A DNA stretch of 64,000 nt, from positions 132,370,001-132,434,000 of the forward strand of contig NC_058374.1 of the NCBI RefSeq assembly GCF_018350175.1, in the 5' to 3' direction. A program made the translations under genes and the position numbers. Source of the stretch: Felis catus (taxonomy: Eukaryota). Below the pieces are notes generated by a model. The model worked only from the letters and a program-made list of their open reading frames with translations, was not told the DNA's origin and ran no database searches. How positions within the stretch are numbered: the stretch's first letter is position 1; each line of letters begins with the position of its first letter. Shown here piece after piece: positions 1-11,706 of this stretch.

Positions 1-429
1 AGTCAGAAGGATTTTGAATGCCAAGTTCAGGGACTTGGGTATTCCTGGGAGTGTTCTCTGGGGTCTTTTAGGTGAGAGTGGAGAAAGTAGCTGTTGGACA
101 GTTCCAAGTAGGGCAGAAATATGGTCAGATCTTTTTTGACCACTGAAAGATCACTTGGGTGATGAATACGGTGGATCAGACTTGGAGTGGGTAGACAGAA
201 TGCGGGCACAGTGGGTTTGGTTTTAAGACTTGGCAGCTTGAGGTGTGCTTGGCCCTTGCCGATTCCCAAATCGCCTTCCTGGTGCGTTCTGAGGGTCCGT
301 GGAATGTCTGACTCAGATTTCCCCAATCCACTTTGCCAAGTTTCTCCAGGAGATGGAAGTTGGCCTTTGAGGGGGATGAAGCTCTCGCCTCCGCCTCTCA
401 TCCAAACTTCTAAAAGGGGTCCACGTTTG

Positions 430-2120
430 CTGTGTTCTCTTTCTCACCTCCTATTCAGTCTTCAGCCCACTACAATCTGGCTTCCACTCCCACGCTGCCA
501 CCACCGAAATTACCTCTTCCATGGTTACCGGTGACCTCCTGAAGAGTGGAATCCAACAGACCCTTGTAGTCTTTATCTTTCTGGACCCATCCCCTCTGCT
601 AGTGTAAACTTGTCGACCACATCCGTCTTTGTGAAATTCTCTACTCCAGAAGTAGTGCCTGCAGAACTCAATTTTCAGTGCAGATTCTAGGGCCCCATGG
701 CATCAGAATAGTGACGGGCAGGAATCTGTATTTTTCACAAGTACCCCCGGTACACATTCACAGTTGAGAATCACTGCTCTATCTTAACATCTGGGCACTT
801 CATTCTCCTGGATCTTCTTAAACCTCTCTTCCTTTCTGGCTCCTTTTTCCTTGGCTCTCTGTGCCCACCTTGACTCTATTTTCTTCTTACCGGTGTTCTC
901 AAATTTCTTCCTCCCCAAGGTCACATCCTCAGCAGCAAGAGTTACCCTTGGTCACACTTCCTAGGCTTGATACTCTGGAAAAGCCCCTCTGGTGATTCCA
1001 GACCCTCCCAGGGAGTTATGCCTCCCCATGCGTATCTTGTTTAGAATTGCTGCCTTAAGACTTGTCCTTTGGGGATTTCATCTATTCCCATGGTTCCATT
1101 GTCAGTGTCCTAGATTCTGATGGTTCTTGTGTTTCTCTGTCCAGAGTAGGCTTCTCACTGGAGCTCCAGACCTAAATATCCAAACGCTCCTGGCCATCTC
1201 CACCACCAGAATGTCCCACAAACCCTTCAAAGTCAATATGTCCCAAATTGAATTGATCATCTCCCTCTGATTTGCTCTCTCTGTATCCAGTATCTCAATA
1301 AATGCCACCACCAGGTTGCTTGCATCAGAAACCAGAGAATCGTGCCCTTCGTACTTACCACCCCCTGCCATCCCCCACCTGAAGTCAATCACAAGCTTCT
1401 TGATTCTGACTCCTAACTATGTTCTGATTACGGTCCCTTCTGGCTGTCTTCATGGCACTCCCCATGTGCACAACACTATGATCCCATCCGTATTATTGCA
1501 ACATCTTCCTAAAGGGACTCCCCGATTGGGACCCTTCTCCAATCCGTCCTCCACGCCACTGTCAACGCAATGCTTCAAAACCCAGTTTCACCACTGCGTT
1601 CCTCTAACAACTCCTCCCCTTTGTCCACAATTCCCCATCGCCTTCCAGGTGACATCTAGATGCCCCAGCCTGGCATTTGAGGCCCTCCCATGGCATGGCC
1701 CATGGGTGCCGCCATCTTTTCTTCCTGCTCCTTCTCCTGGGCTCTGCGCCCCAGCTACACCAACTCTTACGGCTCTCCACACCGTCCACACTGTTTCTCA
1801 CTTTGTCTTTGCTCACACATCCTCTTGGCCACATTCTCCCTCTAGCCTTCCAAAGGGCCCATACACTTTTAGTCTAGGTTGTATACACTGGGATTCCACC
1901 ACTTGCAATCAGAAGAGAGCTCTGTGCTCCCATCTCCTCTGGTGCCTGTTCCTGTCTTTGCTCTTCTCCACAGTTTAATTCTCTGTCTTCCCCTGTGAGC
2001 TCCTGGAGAGCAGGAACCTTGTCCTACACATCCGTATAACCCTGTGATACACACAAGATCTAGCAGAGAGTAGGTGCTTAGTCAACGTTTCATGAATGGA
2101 TGTCTGAGTGAGTGAATGAA
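430..2120 (+). mobile_element. L2 LINE remnant (interrupted by a MER5A-like element at about 655-780)
   Basis: Pyrimidine-rich L2 body ending in the typical ...gagtaggtgcttagt...tgaatgaa 3' end. Confidence 0.65.
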
Positions 2121-2254
2121 GCGGATAGGGTCTTACCCTACTTCTTCAAACTCAGCTCGTGTCAATGCTCAAGATTCAGCCCACATTCCAGCTACACCCT
2201 TTCATGTACTGCTCCTGATGTTTAACATGGCTGTTGGGGGGACACCCTGGAATC

Positions 2255-2680
2255 AGTTAGCAACTGGATCAGCTGCAAGTAACAGAGTGACTTAAAACAA
2301 CATAAATTTATTATAGTTCTTATAGTCAGTCAGATGACTGACATGGGTTTCACTGGGCTACAATCAAAGCATCCCCAGGGCTGTGTTCTTCCTGAGGCTA
2401 TAGGCTATAGGTGAGACTGTTTCTTTTCCCTTTTCCAGTGCCTAGAGACTTTCCACATCCCTCTGACCCTGGCTCTTCAGCCTCCCTTTCATATCTGAGG
2501 ACTCTTGTGATTACATCGGGTCTATCCAGATAATCCAAGTTAATCTTATCTCCTGGTCATCTGATTAGCAACCGTAATTCCATCTGCAGTCTCGTTTCCC
2601 CTTGCCACGTGACTTAACATAGTCACAGGTTTTAGGGATCAGGAGATAGACATCTTCGGGGGACCATTCTTCTACCTACT
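2255..2680 (-). mobile_element. MLT1-family (ERVL-MaLR) solo LTR
   Basis: Resembles recalled MLT1C/D consensus motifs (ttaaaacaacataaatttatt...; ttgtgattacatcggg...; cacaggtttagggatcagga). Confidence 0.7.
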
Positions 2681-3161
2681 CTTGTCAGTTTGGGTAAATC
2701 TTCCACATGTAATTGAAAAGATTATATACTCTGCAGTTGCTCCGTTAGGTCAAGTTTGTTAATTGTTTTGTTCAAATTTTGTATACTCATACTGGATTTT
2801 GTTTGCTAGCTTTATAACTTTTTGAGGGAGGTGTGTTAACATATCCCACTACAGTTGTGGATTTGTCAAATTTTCCCTTTGGTTCTGTCCATTTTTACTT
2901 CCTATATTAGGAAGGTGTGTTAATACATGCATCCAGATGTATAATTGTTATATCATTCTAAAAGACTGACTCTTTATCACCATGAAATGTCCCTTTTATC
3001 TCTAGCTGTGCTTGTTGTCTTAGAGTCTAGTTTGAACTAAGTAACACCAGCTTGCTTTGAATTGGTGTTTGCGTGGTACATATTTTTCTGTCTTTTAAAT
3101 TTCAACCTGTCATATAACCAGTTTTGCAAGATTAAAATTTTTGTTGGAATATTTCTCTTTT

Positions 3162-3355
3162 TTTAAAAAAAAATATTATTTTGGGGAGAGCACAAGCGGG
3201 GGAGGAGCAGGCAGAAGGGGACAGAGGATCTGAAGTGGGCTCTATGCTGAGGCTGACAGCTGCGAGCCTGATGTGGGGCTTGAACTCATAAACTGCGAGA
3301 TTATGACCCGAGCTGAAGTCAGATGCTCAACAGACTGAGCCACCCAGGCACCCCC
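3162..3355 (-). mobile_element. CAN-SINE (SINEC)
   Basis: Antisense tRNA-derived SINE; TSD GGAATATTTCTCTTTT at 3146-3161 and 3356-3371. Confidence 0.9.
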
Positions 3356-4611
3356 GGAATATTTCTCTTTTACTATTTAATGTAATTACCCACTTACATT
3401 ACCTTCAGGTTTAAATCCGTCAACTTACTATTCATTTTCTATTTATTCCACTGTTTGCGTATTCTCCTTTCTTCCCTTTTTAAGCCTTCTTTTGAATTAT
3501 TTTTATTATTCTTTTTTCTCCTGTTGTAACATGTTAGTTCCATATTCTTTTACAATCCTTTTAGTGATTACCGTAGGAAAATAAAATACTGATCCTAGAT
3601 GTATCAAACTCTAATATAAGATCATTACTCTCACTACCTTCAGGACAATGCAAAGGAATTAGAATATTCTAACTGCATTTATCTCTTCCCACCTTTTATT
3701 CTGTGACGAATTTTAAACCTCACAGGACATAGCTGTTATTATTTTTCTCAATCGGAATTAACTTAGATTTATCCACATGCTTATGCTTTCCGTTGTTCTT
3801 CGTTAGAATTTCCATGTTTTCTTTCAGGACCCTTTTCCCTCTCCTTAAAGAATTTTCTTTAGTCCTTTAGAGAAGCTTTGTTGGTCACAAAACCCATCGG
3901 TGATATTCTCATTGTTCCTTGTCTGAAAACATCGTTAGGTCATTTTTATTTTTGAAGAGTTTTCATTGAATATAGAATTCTAGAATGGTGGTTATGTCAA
4001 TACTTTGAAAGTATCACTTCCTCGTCTTCCTTTTCCCGTTCCTTCTATGGAGAAGTTAGTTGTTCTGGCCATCGCTCCTTGGAAGGTAACGCGTCTTTTT
4101 CTCTGTGGGAGCTCCTAAGATGTTTCTTTTTTGTCATTAATTTTAAACCTATTTCACTATCAAAGTCCTAGTTGTGGTTTTATTTGCATCTTTCACGCTT
4201 GGTGTTCCCTGAGATTCTTAAATCTGTGGCTTAATGTCTTTCAACAGTTTTTGGAAAATTCTCAGGTGTTGTCTGTTCAAATACTTTTTCTGCCCTACCT
4301 GCTGCCTCCACTCTGGGGCTTCTTCTTGTTTGACCTTTTCACAATGTCCCATATTAATCTTATGCTTCCCCTCCCTCCACCCCCCCCTCCCATTTACTTT
4401 CTATTTTCCCTCAGTTTTTACTCTGGCTCATTTCTTTCGAGATCTCTGCGAATAGAGCACACAATTCCTTCTTTAGGTGTGTCTGACCTGCTGTTAGACT
4501 TATTTATTGAGTTCTCAAGTTCAGATAGTGTGTTTTTCAGCTCTGGAATGTTCATTTCATTATTCTTCATAGTTTACAGTTCTCTGTTGAAATTCTATGT
4601 GTTATCTACAT

Positions 4612-4711
4612 TTTTCTTTTTAAGTAGGCTCCACGCTCCATGTGGAGCTTGAACTCACAACCCTGGGATCAAGAGCCAGATGCTCTACTGACTGAGCCAG
4701 CCAGCCATCCC
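4612..4711 (-). mobile_element. Short older CAN-SINE
   Basis: tttaagtaggctccacg...cttgaactcacaaccctg...ctgagccagccagccatccc pattern. Confidence 0.8.
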
Positions 4712-4799
4712 TGTCATCTAAATTCTTAAATATATTAACCATAATTATTTTCAAGCCTGTATCTCATAACTCCACCATATGGATCTCTTAAAGAGGTCT

Positions 4800-5009
4800 T
4801 AAAATTTTTTTTTTAATGTTGATTTATTTTTGAGAGAGAGAGAGTGAGTAGGCAAGGGGCAGAGAGAGAGGGAGACACAGAATCCGAAGCAGGCTCCAGG
4901 TTCTGAGCTGTCAGCACAGAGCCCAAGGTGGGGCTCGAACACACAAACCATGAGATCATGACCTGATCCGAAGTTGGACACCCACCCTCCTGTGCCACCC
5001 AGGCGCCCC
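4800..5009 (-). mobile_element. CAN-SINE (feline)
   Basis: Ends in caggcgcccc; TSD TAAAGAGGTCT at 4789-4799 and 5010-5020. Confidence 0.9.
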
Positions 5010-5984
5010 TAAAGAGGTCTGTTTAAAATGAGACTTTTAATTTTGAGATCATTATAGATGCACATTCAGGTGTAAGGAGTAATACAGAGAGATCTTATGT
5101 GTCTTTATCCAGTTACCACCAATGGTAGCATCCTGCAAAACGATAGGAGAGTATCACAGCCAGGACACTGACATTGATACGCTATTATTGAGATTTCCCA
5201 TTTGTACTCAAGTGCGTGTGTGAGTGTTTGTTTTGTTCCATGCAATTTTATCATACGCGTAGGTTTGTTGGCCTTTAAAAAAAAATTTTTTTTTGCCTCT
5301 TGATTTTTAGTCATTCAGTTTTGTTTCCAGATATGTCTGGTGATGCCAAACCTTGTGTAACAAAAATATAATGTGAGTTTGGGTGATATTGTTATCCTTC
5401 CTCCCGAGAGAATTTACTTTTGCTTTTGGCAAGATGTTGGTGAAAGAACAGACACCTTAATTCAATCAGTGACTGAGAGGATTGGAAGCCAAGATTCCGT
5501 CTTTGGAGGGCTGGAATATTTCCAATTTACCCTACTCTCAGAGTGTAACCTTTTGGGGTCTCGCTGAAAGCCTGCGTCACTTACCTAGAGCCCCTTATCT
5601 TGAACTCCAGTTTTTAGCTGGAATCTCTACTTCTGTTTGTCATACAGTTTCTTGGATCCATTAACCAGCTGCTCAGCTACTGCCCTCTGCTCAACTTAGG
5701 CACTTGGTGTAAGTGGGCAGGTGCCTCGAGGAGCATTGGAGCCCCCAAGTCAGGCTCCCCTCTCTGAGCTTCTGTGCTCTATGGGATCTTTGGCACTTAA
5801 CTCTCTCCTCTCTTGATGCCTCTCTGATGCCTCTTCTTGGAGGTTTCAGGTGTGCTGTTTGGTGTTTCTAGCTTTTCTCAGTGGGACAAGTAATCTGCAT
5901 CAGAAATCTACATCAGCCTTTGTTTCTCAAGCCAGTATTTGACATCCCGGAGGGGCTAAGGGGGAGCCAAAGTCACAGAGCATA

Positions 5985-6215
5985 CAGTGCAACATTTGAG
6001 GGCTTGCTCTGGAGTCAGGAAGGATTAAAATCCCAGTGTTGCCACTTCCCAACTGGATGACCTTGGACAAGTGCCTTCACCTTTCCGGGCCTGTTTGCTA
6101 GCAGCCCTTCCCTCCCAGGGTTAAATAAACGAGTATGTGTTGAGTGATCAGAGCAGTGAATGCCTGGCATACAGTAAGCACTTAATATAAATCAGTTATT
6201 AGTATTCAGTGAATA
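5985..6215 (+). mobile_element. MIR SINE
   Basis: MIR core gctctggagtcag...tgaccttggacaagt... and tail cctggcatacagtaagcactta. Confidence 0.65.
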
Positions 6216-6318
6216 CATAGTAAGCCCTACTCTGCCAGATGCTGGATGCACACTGTGGTGGAAAAGACAAATACAGTCCTTTCTCTGGTGGGGCCGACAC
6301 TCTGGGCGACCTACAATT

Positions 6319-6777
6319 TTTTTTTTTCTAATGTCTGTTTATTTTTTTTCTTCTTTTTTTTTTAATTTTTTCAACGTTTTTTATTTATTTTTGGGACAGA
6401 GAGAGACAGAGCATGAACGGGGGAGGGGCAGAGAGAGAGGGAGACACAGAATCGGAAACAGGCTCCAGGCTCTGAGCCATCAGCCCAGAGCCCGACGCGG
6501 GGCTCGAACTCACGGACCGCGAGATCGTGACCTGGCTGAAGTCGGACGCTTAACCGACTGCGCCACCCAGGCGCCCCATGTCTGTTTATTTTTGAGAGAG
6601 GGAGAAAGAGCGCGATCAGGAAGAGGCAGAGAAAGAGGGCGACGCAGAATCCGAAGCAGGCTCCAGGCTCTGAGCTGTTAGCACAGAGCCCGAAGCGGGG
6701 CTCGAACCCATGGACCCATGAGATCATGACCTGAGCTGAAGTCAGACGCTTAACCAACCGAGCCACCCAGGAGCCCC
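6319..6777 (-). mobile_element. Older CAN-SINE with a young SINEC_Fc (6347-6577) nested in its tail
   Basis: Outer TSD TCTGGG(C/T)GACCTACAATT at 6301-6318 and 6778-6795; inner TSD ATGTCTGTTTATTTTT at 6331-6346 and 6578-6593. Confidence 0.92.
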
Positions 6778-7075
6778 TCTGGGTGACCTACAATTAAAAG
6801 TAAATAAACAAGATCATTGTCAAAGAGAGGTTCATGCTATGGAAAGAAAGAGGATGATAGAGCACATCACCCCGATGATAGAGGTTTGTGTCCAGGATGA
6901 GTAGGTAAGGCTCCGTTCCCAATTCTGGGGTCACAGACAAGACCGAGTGAGTCGCAGAGGGTGACCAGGCAGCGACCGAAGGCTGAGGGGTCGGCGAAAC
7001 ATCTGCGATTGTTGCGTGACAAACTGAGACCTAAATGACAAGGGGGAGCAAGTCCTCTGAGAATAGGGGAAGGTG

Positions 7076-7301
7076 GGGGCGCCTGGGTGGCGCAGTCGGT
7101 GAAGCGTCCGACTTCAGCCAGGTCACGATCTCGCGGTCCGTGAGTTCGAGCCCCGCGTCGGGCTCTGGGCTGATGGCTCAGAGCCTGGAGCCTGTTTCCG
7201 ATTCTGTGTCTCCCTCTCTCTCTGCCCCTCCCCCGTTCATGCTCTGTCTCTCTCTGTCCCAAAAATAAAATAAAACGTTGAAAAAAAAAATTTAAAAAAA
7301 A
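7076..7301 (+). mobile_element. Young feline SINEC_Fc
   Basis: Full length, CpGs intact; perfect 16-bp TSD AGAATAGGGGAAGGTG at 7060-7075 and 7302-7317. Confidence 0.95.
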
Positions 7302-7552
7302 AGAATAGGGGAAGGTGCCTTCCAGGCGGAGGGAACATGTGCAAGATCCCTGGTTCTGGCATGCTTGGGGGACAGACGGAGGCCTGCATGTCCCGCAGCG
7401 TGATGGGAGGAAGAAGGAGAGTTACTGCACAAGACCTGAGAGGTGGGCAGGGGTCAGATCACGCAGGGCTTTGTAAGTCAGGGTGAGGGTGTGTGTCTCA
7501 TTCTAAGTGTATCAACAAGCTTCGGAGAGTTTTATGAAGCAGAATGATAGTA

Positions 7553-7778
7553 TTTTTTTTTTAATTTTTTTTTCCAACGTTTATTTATTTTTGGGACAGA
7601 GAGAGACAGAGCATGAACGGGGGAGGGGCAGAGAGAGAGGGAGACACAGAATCCGAAGCAGGCTCCAGGCTCTGAGCCGTCAGCACAGAGCCCGACGCGG
7701 GGCTCGAACTCACGGACTGTGAGATCATGACCTGAGCCGAAGTTGGACGCTTCACCGACTGGGCCCCCCAGGCGCCCC
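7553..7778 (-). mobile_element. Feline SINEC
   Basis: Full-length antisense copy ending in caggcgcccc. Confidence 0.92.
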
Positions 7779-8207
7779 GAGAATGGATTTTCAGAGGGGC
7801 TGTGGCCGTTGTACAATCAAGAGGCGACGGCTTGGGCAACCGGTTTGGACAGGCTGGTACCGGAAGTGGAGAGGAGTGGGCGGGCTGGAGATGCATGTTA
7901 ATGGTAGAGTCAGAAGATGGACGTCCAAGAGAAAGGGAAATCAATGATAACACTTGCATTTCTGATTTGAACAACTGGCAGATGGTGAGCCTATTCGGTA
8001 AGGGGAAGGCTTGGGGCAGAAGTCGAGGGGGATCAGGAGCGTGGGATATATTCATTCCGAGACTCCTATTAGGCAACCTGAATATATACACGAGGAGTCG
8101 AGGGAAAGGTCTCGAAAGGAGTCATTGGTCTGAAAGTCATCAGATGATAGCCAGAGCCATGAGCCTGGATGAGATTGCCTAGGCAGAGTGTCTGAATAGA
8201 AAGAATA

Positions 8208-8414
8208 GGGGTGCCTGGGGGGCTCAGTCGGTTAAGCGTCTGACTTTGGCTCAGGTCACGATCTGGCGGTCGGTGAGTTCAAGCCCCGCGTCCGGCTCCG
8301 TGCTGACAGCTCAGAGCCTGCAGCCTGCTTCGGATTCTGTGTCTCCCTCTCTCTGCCCCTCTCCCACTCATTCTCTCTCTCTCAAAAATAAATAAACATT
8401 AGAAACAATCTAAA
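8208..8414 (+). mobile_element. CAN-SINE
   Basis: ggggtgcctggg..ctcagtcggttaagcgtctgac..., then (CT)n and an A-rich tail. Confidence 0.9.
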
Positions 8415-8517
8415 TAGAATAAAGAGAGGCAGGGCTGTGCCCTGGGGTACTGCAGATTTAGAGGATGGGGAGATAAAGAATCAGAAGGAGCCTGAGAAGG
8501 AAGAGGCAGTGAAGGAA

Positions 8518-8700
8518 AACAGTGCTTCTTAAAGGACGGGCCAGGGACCAGCAGCCACAGCATCACCTAGCACTTGTTAGAAATGCTGAGGATCAGGCCG
8601 CACCCCAGCCCTGCTGCCTCAGGCCCAACCAGGGGGGAGGCCCAGTCATCATCAATGCTTTCACTACACTGCAGGCTAAACCAGTGAGCTGGGAGGCAAA
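8518..8700. mobile_element. MER5A-like hAT-Charlie DNA transposon relic
   Basis: cagtgcttctt...ggaccagcagccacagcatcacctag...cttgttagaaatgc resembles the recalled MER5A start. Confidence 0.6.
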
Positions 8701-8715
8701 CCAAGGAAAGGTGTG

Positions 8716-8937
8716 TTTTGTTTTGTTTGTTTATTGTAAGAGACACAGAGCACGAGCTGGGGAGAGAGGCGGGGGGGGGGGGGTGGTGGAGAGAGAGGGA
8801 GAGAGAGAATCCCAAGCAGGCTATGCACTGTCAGCGAAGAGCCCGACGCGGGGCTCAAACCCACTAACAGTGAGGGCTTGACCTGGGCCGGAATCAAGAG
8901 GTGGCCACTTTACTGACTGAGCCCAGCCAGGTGGTCC
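8716..8937 (-). mobile_element. Older CAN-SINE
   Basis: TSD GAAAGGTGTG at 8706-8715 and 8939-8948. Confidence 0.85.
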
Positions 8938-8989
8938 AGAAAGGTGTGGGTTGAAAGGCAAGAGAAGGAAATCTTTGGAGCAGGAAGGA

Positions 8990-9798
8990 AGGGTTAACTA
9001 TGTGTCCGTGCAGCTGGGAGCTCAACGCAGATGAATACAGAGGCCTGGCCATGAAGTTTCATAACGTGGAGGTCACCGTTGGCCTTGACAGCAGTGATCT
9101 CGGTGAGCTGTGGGGGCGATGGCGGAGTGGGAACCGGTGAAGGAGTGAACACGAGGAGTGAGTGGCAGAAAGACTGTGGACCCCGTGTGCAATAAAGGGT
9201 TACCCCGGCCACCTTAGGGTGCTCAAACCCTGCACATCCCCCCCCACCCCGCAAAGGCCTGCACCTTGACCAGTGGCTGTGATGTGAGCCCTTGGAATAT
9301 CTTGCCCGATAAGGGTCCTATCAGAGAATGTAGGATACCCAACTGATTTATGGGAAGCACCTGTTTTTTTTTTTGCCTGGGGCCCTGTATCGGTTTTAAC
9401 CGCCCCGGCGGCGGGCGGTGGGGTGGGGTGGAGACTGAGTAGTTGAGGCTCACACAGGTCCTCGTGCCTCCGTGACTGACCCCGAGTACAAGCCCTGGAC
9501 CCCAAGGCTCAGGTGAGTTTCCCTGGATGATGATTTTCTGTACAGGTGTCACACATCGTTGCTGGGGGTGGGGGAATGAAGCATCGTCTGTGACCCCCCC
9601 CCCCCCCCACACACACACCAGAAGGGAACACCTGGAGGCTTGCTCCTGGTCCCTCCCGGACTCTGCCCCATGTGCCTTTTTCCTCTGTCTCTGTTCGCTG
9701 TAACAAACCATAACCATGAGAACAGCCTTTCTGAGTCCCGCGCGTCCTTCCAGGGAATCATCCAACCCGAGGGTGGGTGGTCTTGGGGACCCTGACAC
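8990..9798 (-). mobile_element. MER21-family (ERVL) solo LTR
   Basis: Reverse complement begins tgtgtcagggtccccaagaccacc..., as in the recalled MER21 consensus. Confidence 0.65.
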
Positions 9799-10501
9799 AC
9801 CGGCTTTTTCAAGAAGCCTTGCAGTGAAAGCAGCAAAGAGAGACCAAGAGTTGAAGGAGGGTGTTGGCATTTTGTTTGAGATACAAGGGCATATTCACAA
9901 GCCTGTTGGGATGATGAAACAGACAAGGCGAAGTCGGTGATTCAGGAGAGACGTTCTTGAGAGGGCGAAGGGGTACACAAGGACCCCTAATAAGGGCAGG
10001 GACAGATCCCTCCGAGTGGCAGGAGGGCAGTCAGAGAATGTGCAGCTTTGTGGACACCCTTGGGGAGGTGACGATCGCTTGGTTTCGTCAGTGGGCTATG
10101 GGGTAAGGCCACCCTTGAGGGGGCAGGGCTCCAGGCGGTCCGAGGAGAGAGGGAGGGCGTGATTTTTTTAGCCATTTTGGCGAGCAAGCCCCTCACACAA
10201 GGCAGGTGCTAAGATCGCGGGGCGGGCAGAAACGCCTCTTGGAGATCTCCGGCCACGGGTTTAAAATGAGCGTCAGTGCGGGTCAGAGAGCCCCATGCTT
10301 TTCTGCCTCGGGGTTCAGCTGGGCAGGTGCTGGCATGAAGCAGGTGGGCAGAGGGATGACACCGGGGTTGGGCACGGCCTGCTGAGTGGGACAGAGGGAG
10401 AGAGGGTGTTTGTAAGTAAATCAGGACAAGAGAGGATAAACAAAGTATCTGCCGGCAGCTTCGTTCTGTTCAGTGGAAAGTAATTAAAAGCATTACTTTC
10501 A

Positions 10502-10741
10502 GGGGCGCCTGGGTGGCTCGGTTGAGCGGCCGACTTCGGCTCAGGTCATGATCTCGCGGTCCGTGAGTTCGAGCCCCGCGTCGGGCTCTGGGCTGACAGC
10601 TCAGAGCCTGGAGCCTGCTTCAGATTCTGTGTCTCCCTCCCTCTCTGACCCTCCCCCGTTCATGCTCTGTCTCTCTGTGTCTCAAACATAAAATAAACGT
10701 TAAAAAAAATTTTTTTTAAATAAAAAAAAAATTAAAAAAAA
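10502..10741 (+). mobile_element. Feline SINEC
   Basis: TSD TAAAAGCATTA(C/T)TTTCA flanks a full-length copy. Confidence 0.92.
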
Positions 10742-11601
10742 TAAAAGCATTATTTTCAAACAAATCTGGATTCATTTCGGAGAATGAAGGAAGCACATGA
10801 GCTCTGCAGACAAGCCTCAGATACGTTTTTCCTGTTTCAAGTGCTGCTTCCGGCTATATACCCTCCGGTCCTCACGGGGTGAGGTCACTTAGGTGGGAAA
10901 TCTGGGAAACTTTGGAAAAGTCTGGGAAGGCATGTCCTACTGGAGTGACACCCCCTCCCCCCGACCCGATTGGGCCCTTGGCGTTTCACAGGGGCTGTCT
11001 GAGGACGTGGCCCAGCTACGAGCAGTGACAACATTGATGGGGTGGACAGGGAGGGCTGGGGACCAGATCAAGGCCTCCTGGGGGTAGCGTGGGTGCTGGA
11101 AGGGGGCGTGGGGGCAGCAGACCCTGACACTAAGAGTCCAGCCTAGAGGCCGAACGAGTCACAGGGATCCAGGTAGACTGTGGAGAAGGGGCAGGCTGAA
11201 ATACAACCGAGTCCCTCCCTCTCTCCTACCCCATCTCTCTAGGACCCAAGGGAAGCAAGGCTCTGGGGGTCCAGGCAAGTGATTCAGGCAGACTGGGTCT
11301 CAGGGAACAAGTCAGGGACCTGGTTCCCAAAACTGGGGCACGAGGTGGGGATGGGATGTCGGGAATGAGGCCAAAGCCCAGTTATCAGAACTGGGACACT
11401 TTCCATGTGGGACTTACATCCTTCCTGCATAAATCCTGGGAAACGGGGTGTGTCTGCACCTGGGAGCTGGCAGGACTCTTCGTTTGAGAGGCAAAAGTGG
11501 GGTTGGGTGCGGCTGTGGGACATCAACGTACCACCTGCTCTGTCCCGCCCGGCACCCCAGGCTAGCTCACCCTTGGAAGAAAAGCCTCAGAGTAAACATT
11601 G

Positions 11602-11607
11602 TTTATT
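11602..11607 (-). terminator. NPTXR: NPTXR polyadenylation signal AATAAA
   Basis: TTTATT on the plus strand, with UGUA elements upstream (11621-11626, 11724-11731) and a U-rich stretch downstream on the minus strand. Confidence 0.75.
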
Positions 11608-11661
11608 TTGAACATTCAAATTTACAAAAACAAAAAAGTAACAAAAACCCATGACATAGCT

Positions 11662-11670
<9 letters not shown>

Positions 11671-11704
<34 letters not shown>
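11671..11704. repeat. (AC)17 microsatellite, read as (GU)17 in the NPTXR 3'UTR
   Basis: Read directly. Confidence 0.97.

Positions 11705-11706
<2 letters not shown>

Larger units (their letters stand above)
2690..5560 (-). mobile_element. Old L1 (L1M-type) fragments interrupted by three SINEs
   Basis: T-rich antisense L1 sequence with no intact ORF. Confidence 0.7.
7310..8520 (-). mobile_element. L2 remnant interrupted by SINEs
   Basis: Purine-rich antisense L2 motifs (gatcacgcagggctttgtaagtcaggg...; gagcctggatgagattgcctagg). Confidence 0.6.

Noticed and set aside
1316-4652. ORFs of 220 aa (1316-1978) and 173 aa (4131-4652, hydrophobic)
   Set aside because: They lie in L2 and antisense L1 remnants; composition reflects the repeat and no domain is recognisable.
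7076-7301. tRNA-like A/B boxes in SINE heads as tRNA genes
   Set aside because: These are tRNA-derived CAN-SINEs with (CT)n, A tails and TSDs; there is no cloverleaf tRNA gene.
6331-7816. Repeated near-identical ORFs (...LGQRETEHERGRGRERGRHRI...), also at 60768-61310
   Set aside because: These are translations of SINEC_Fc copies, not a gene family.
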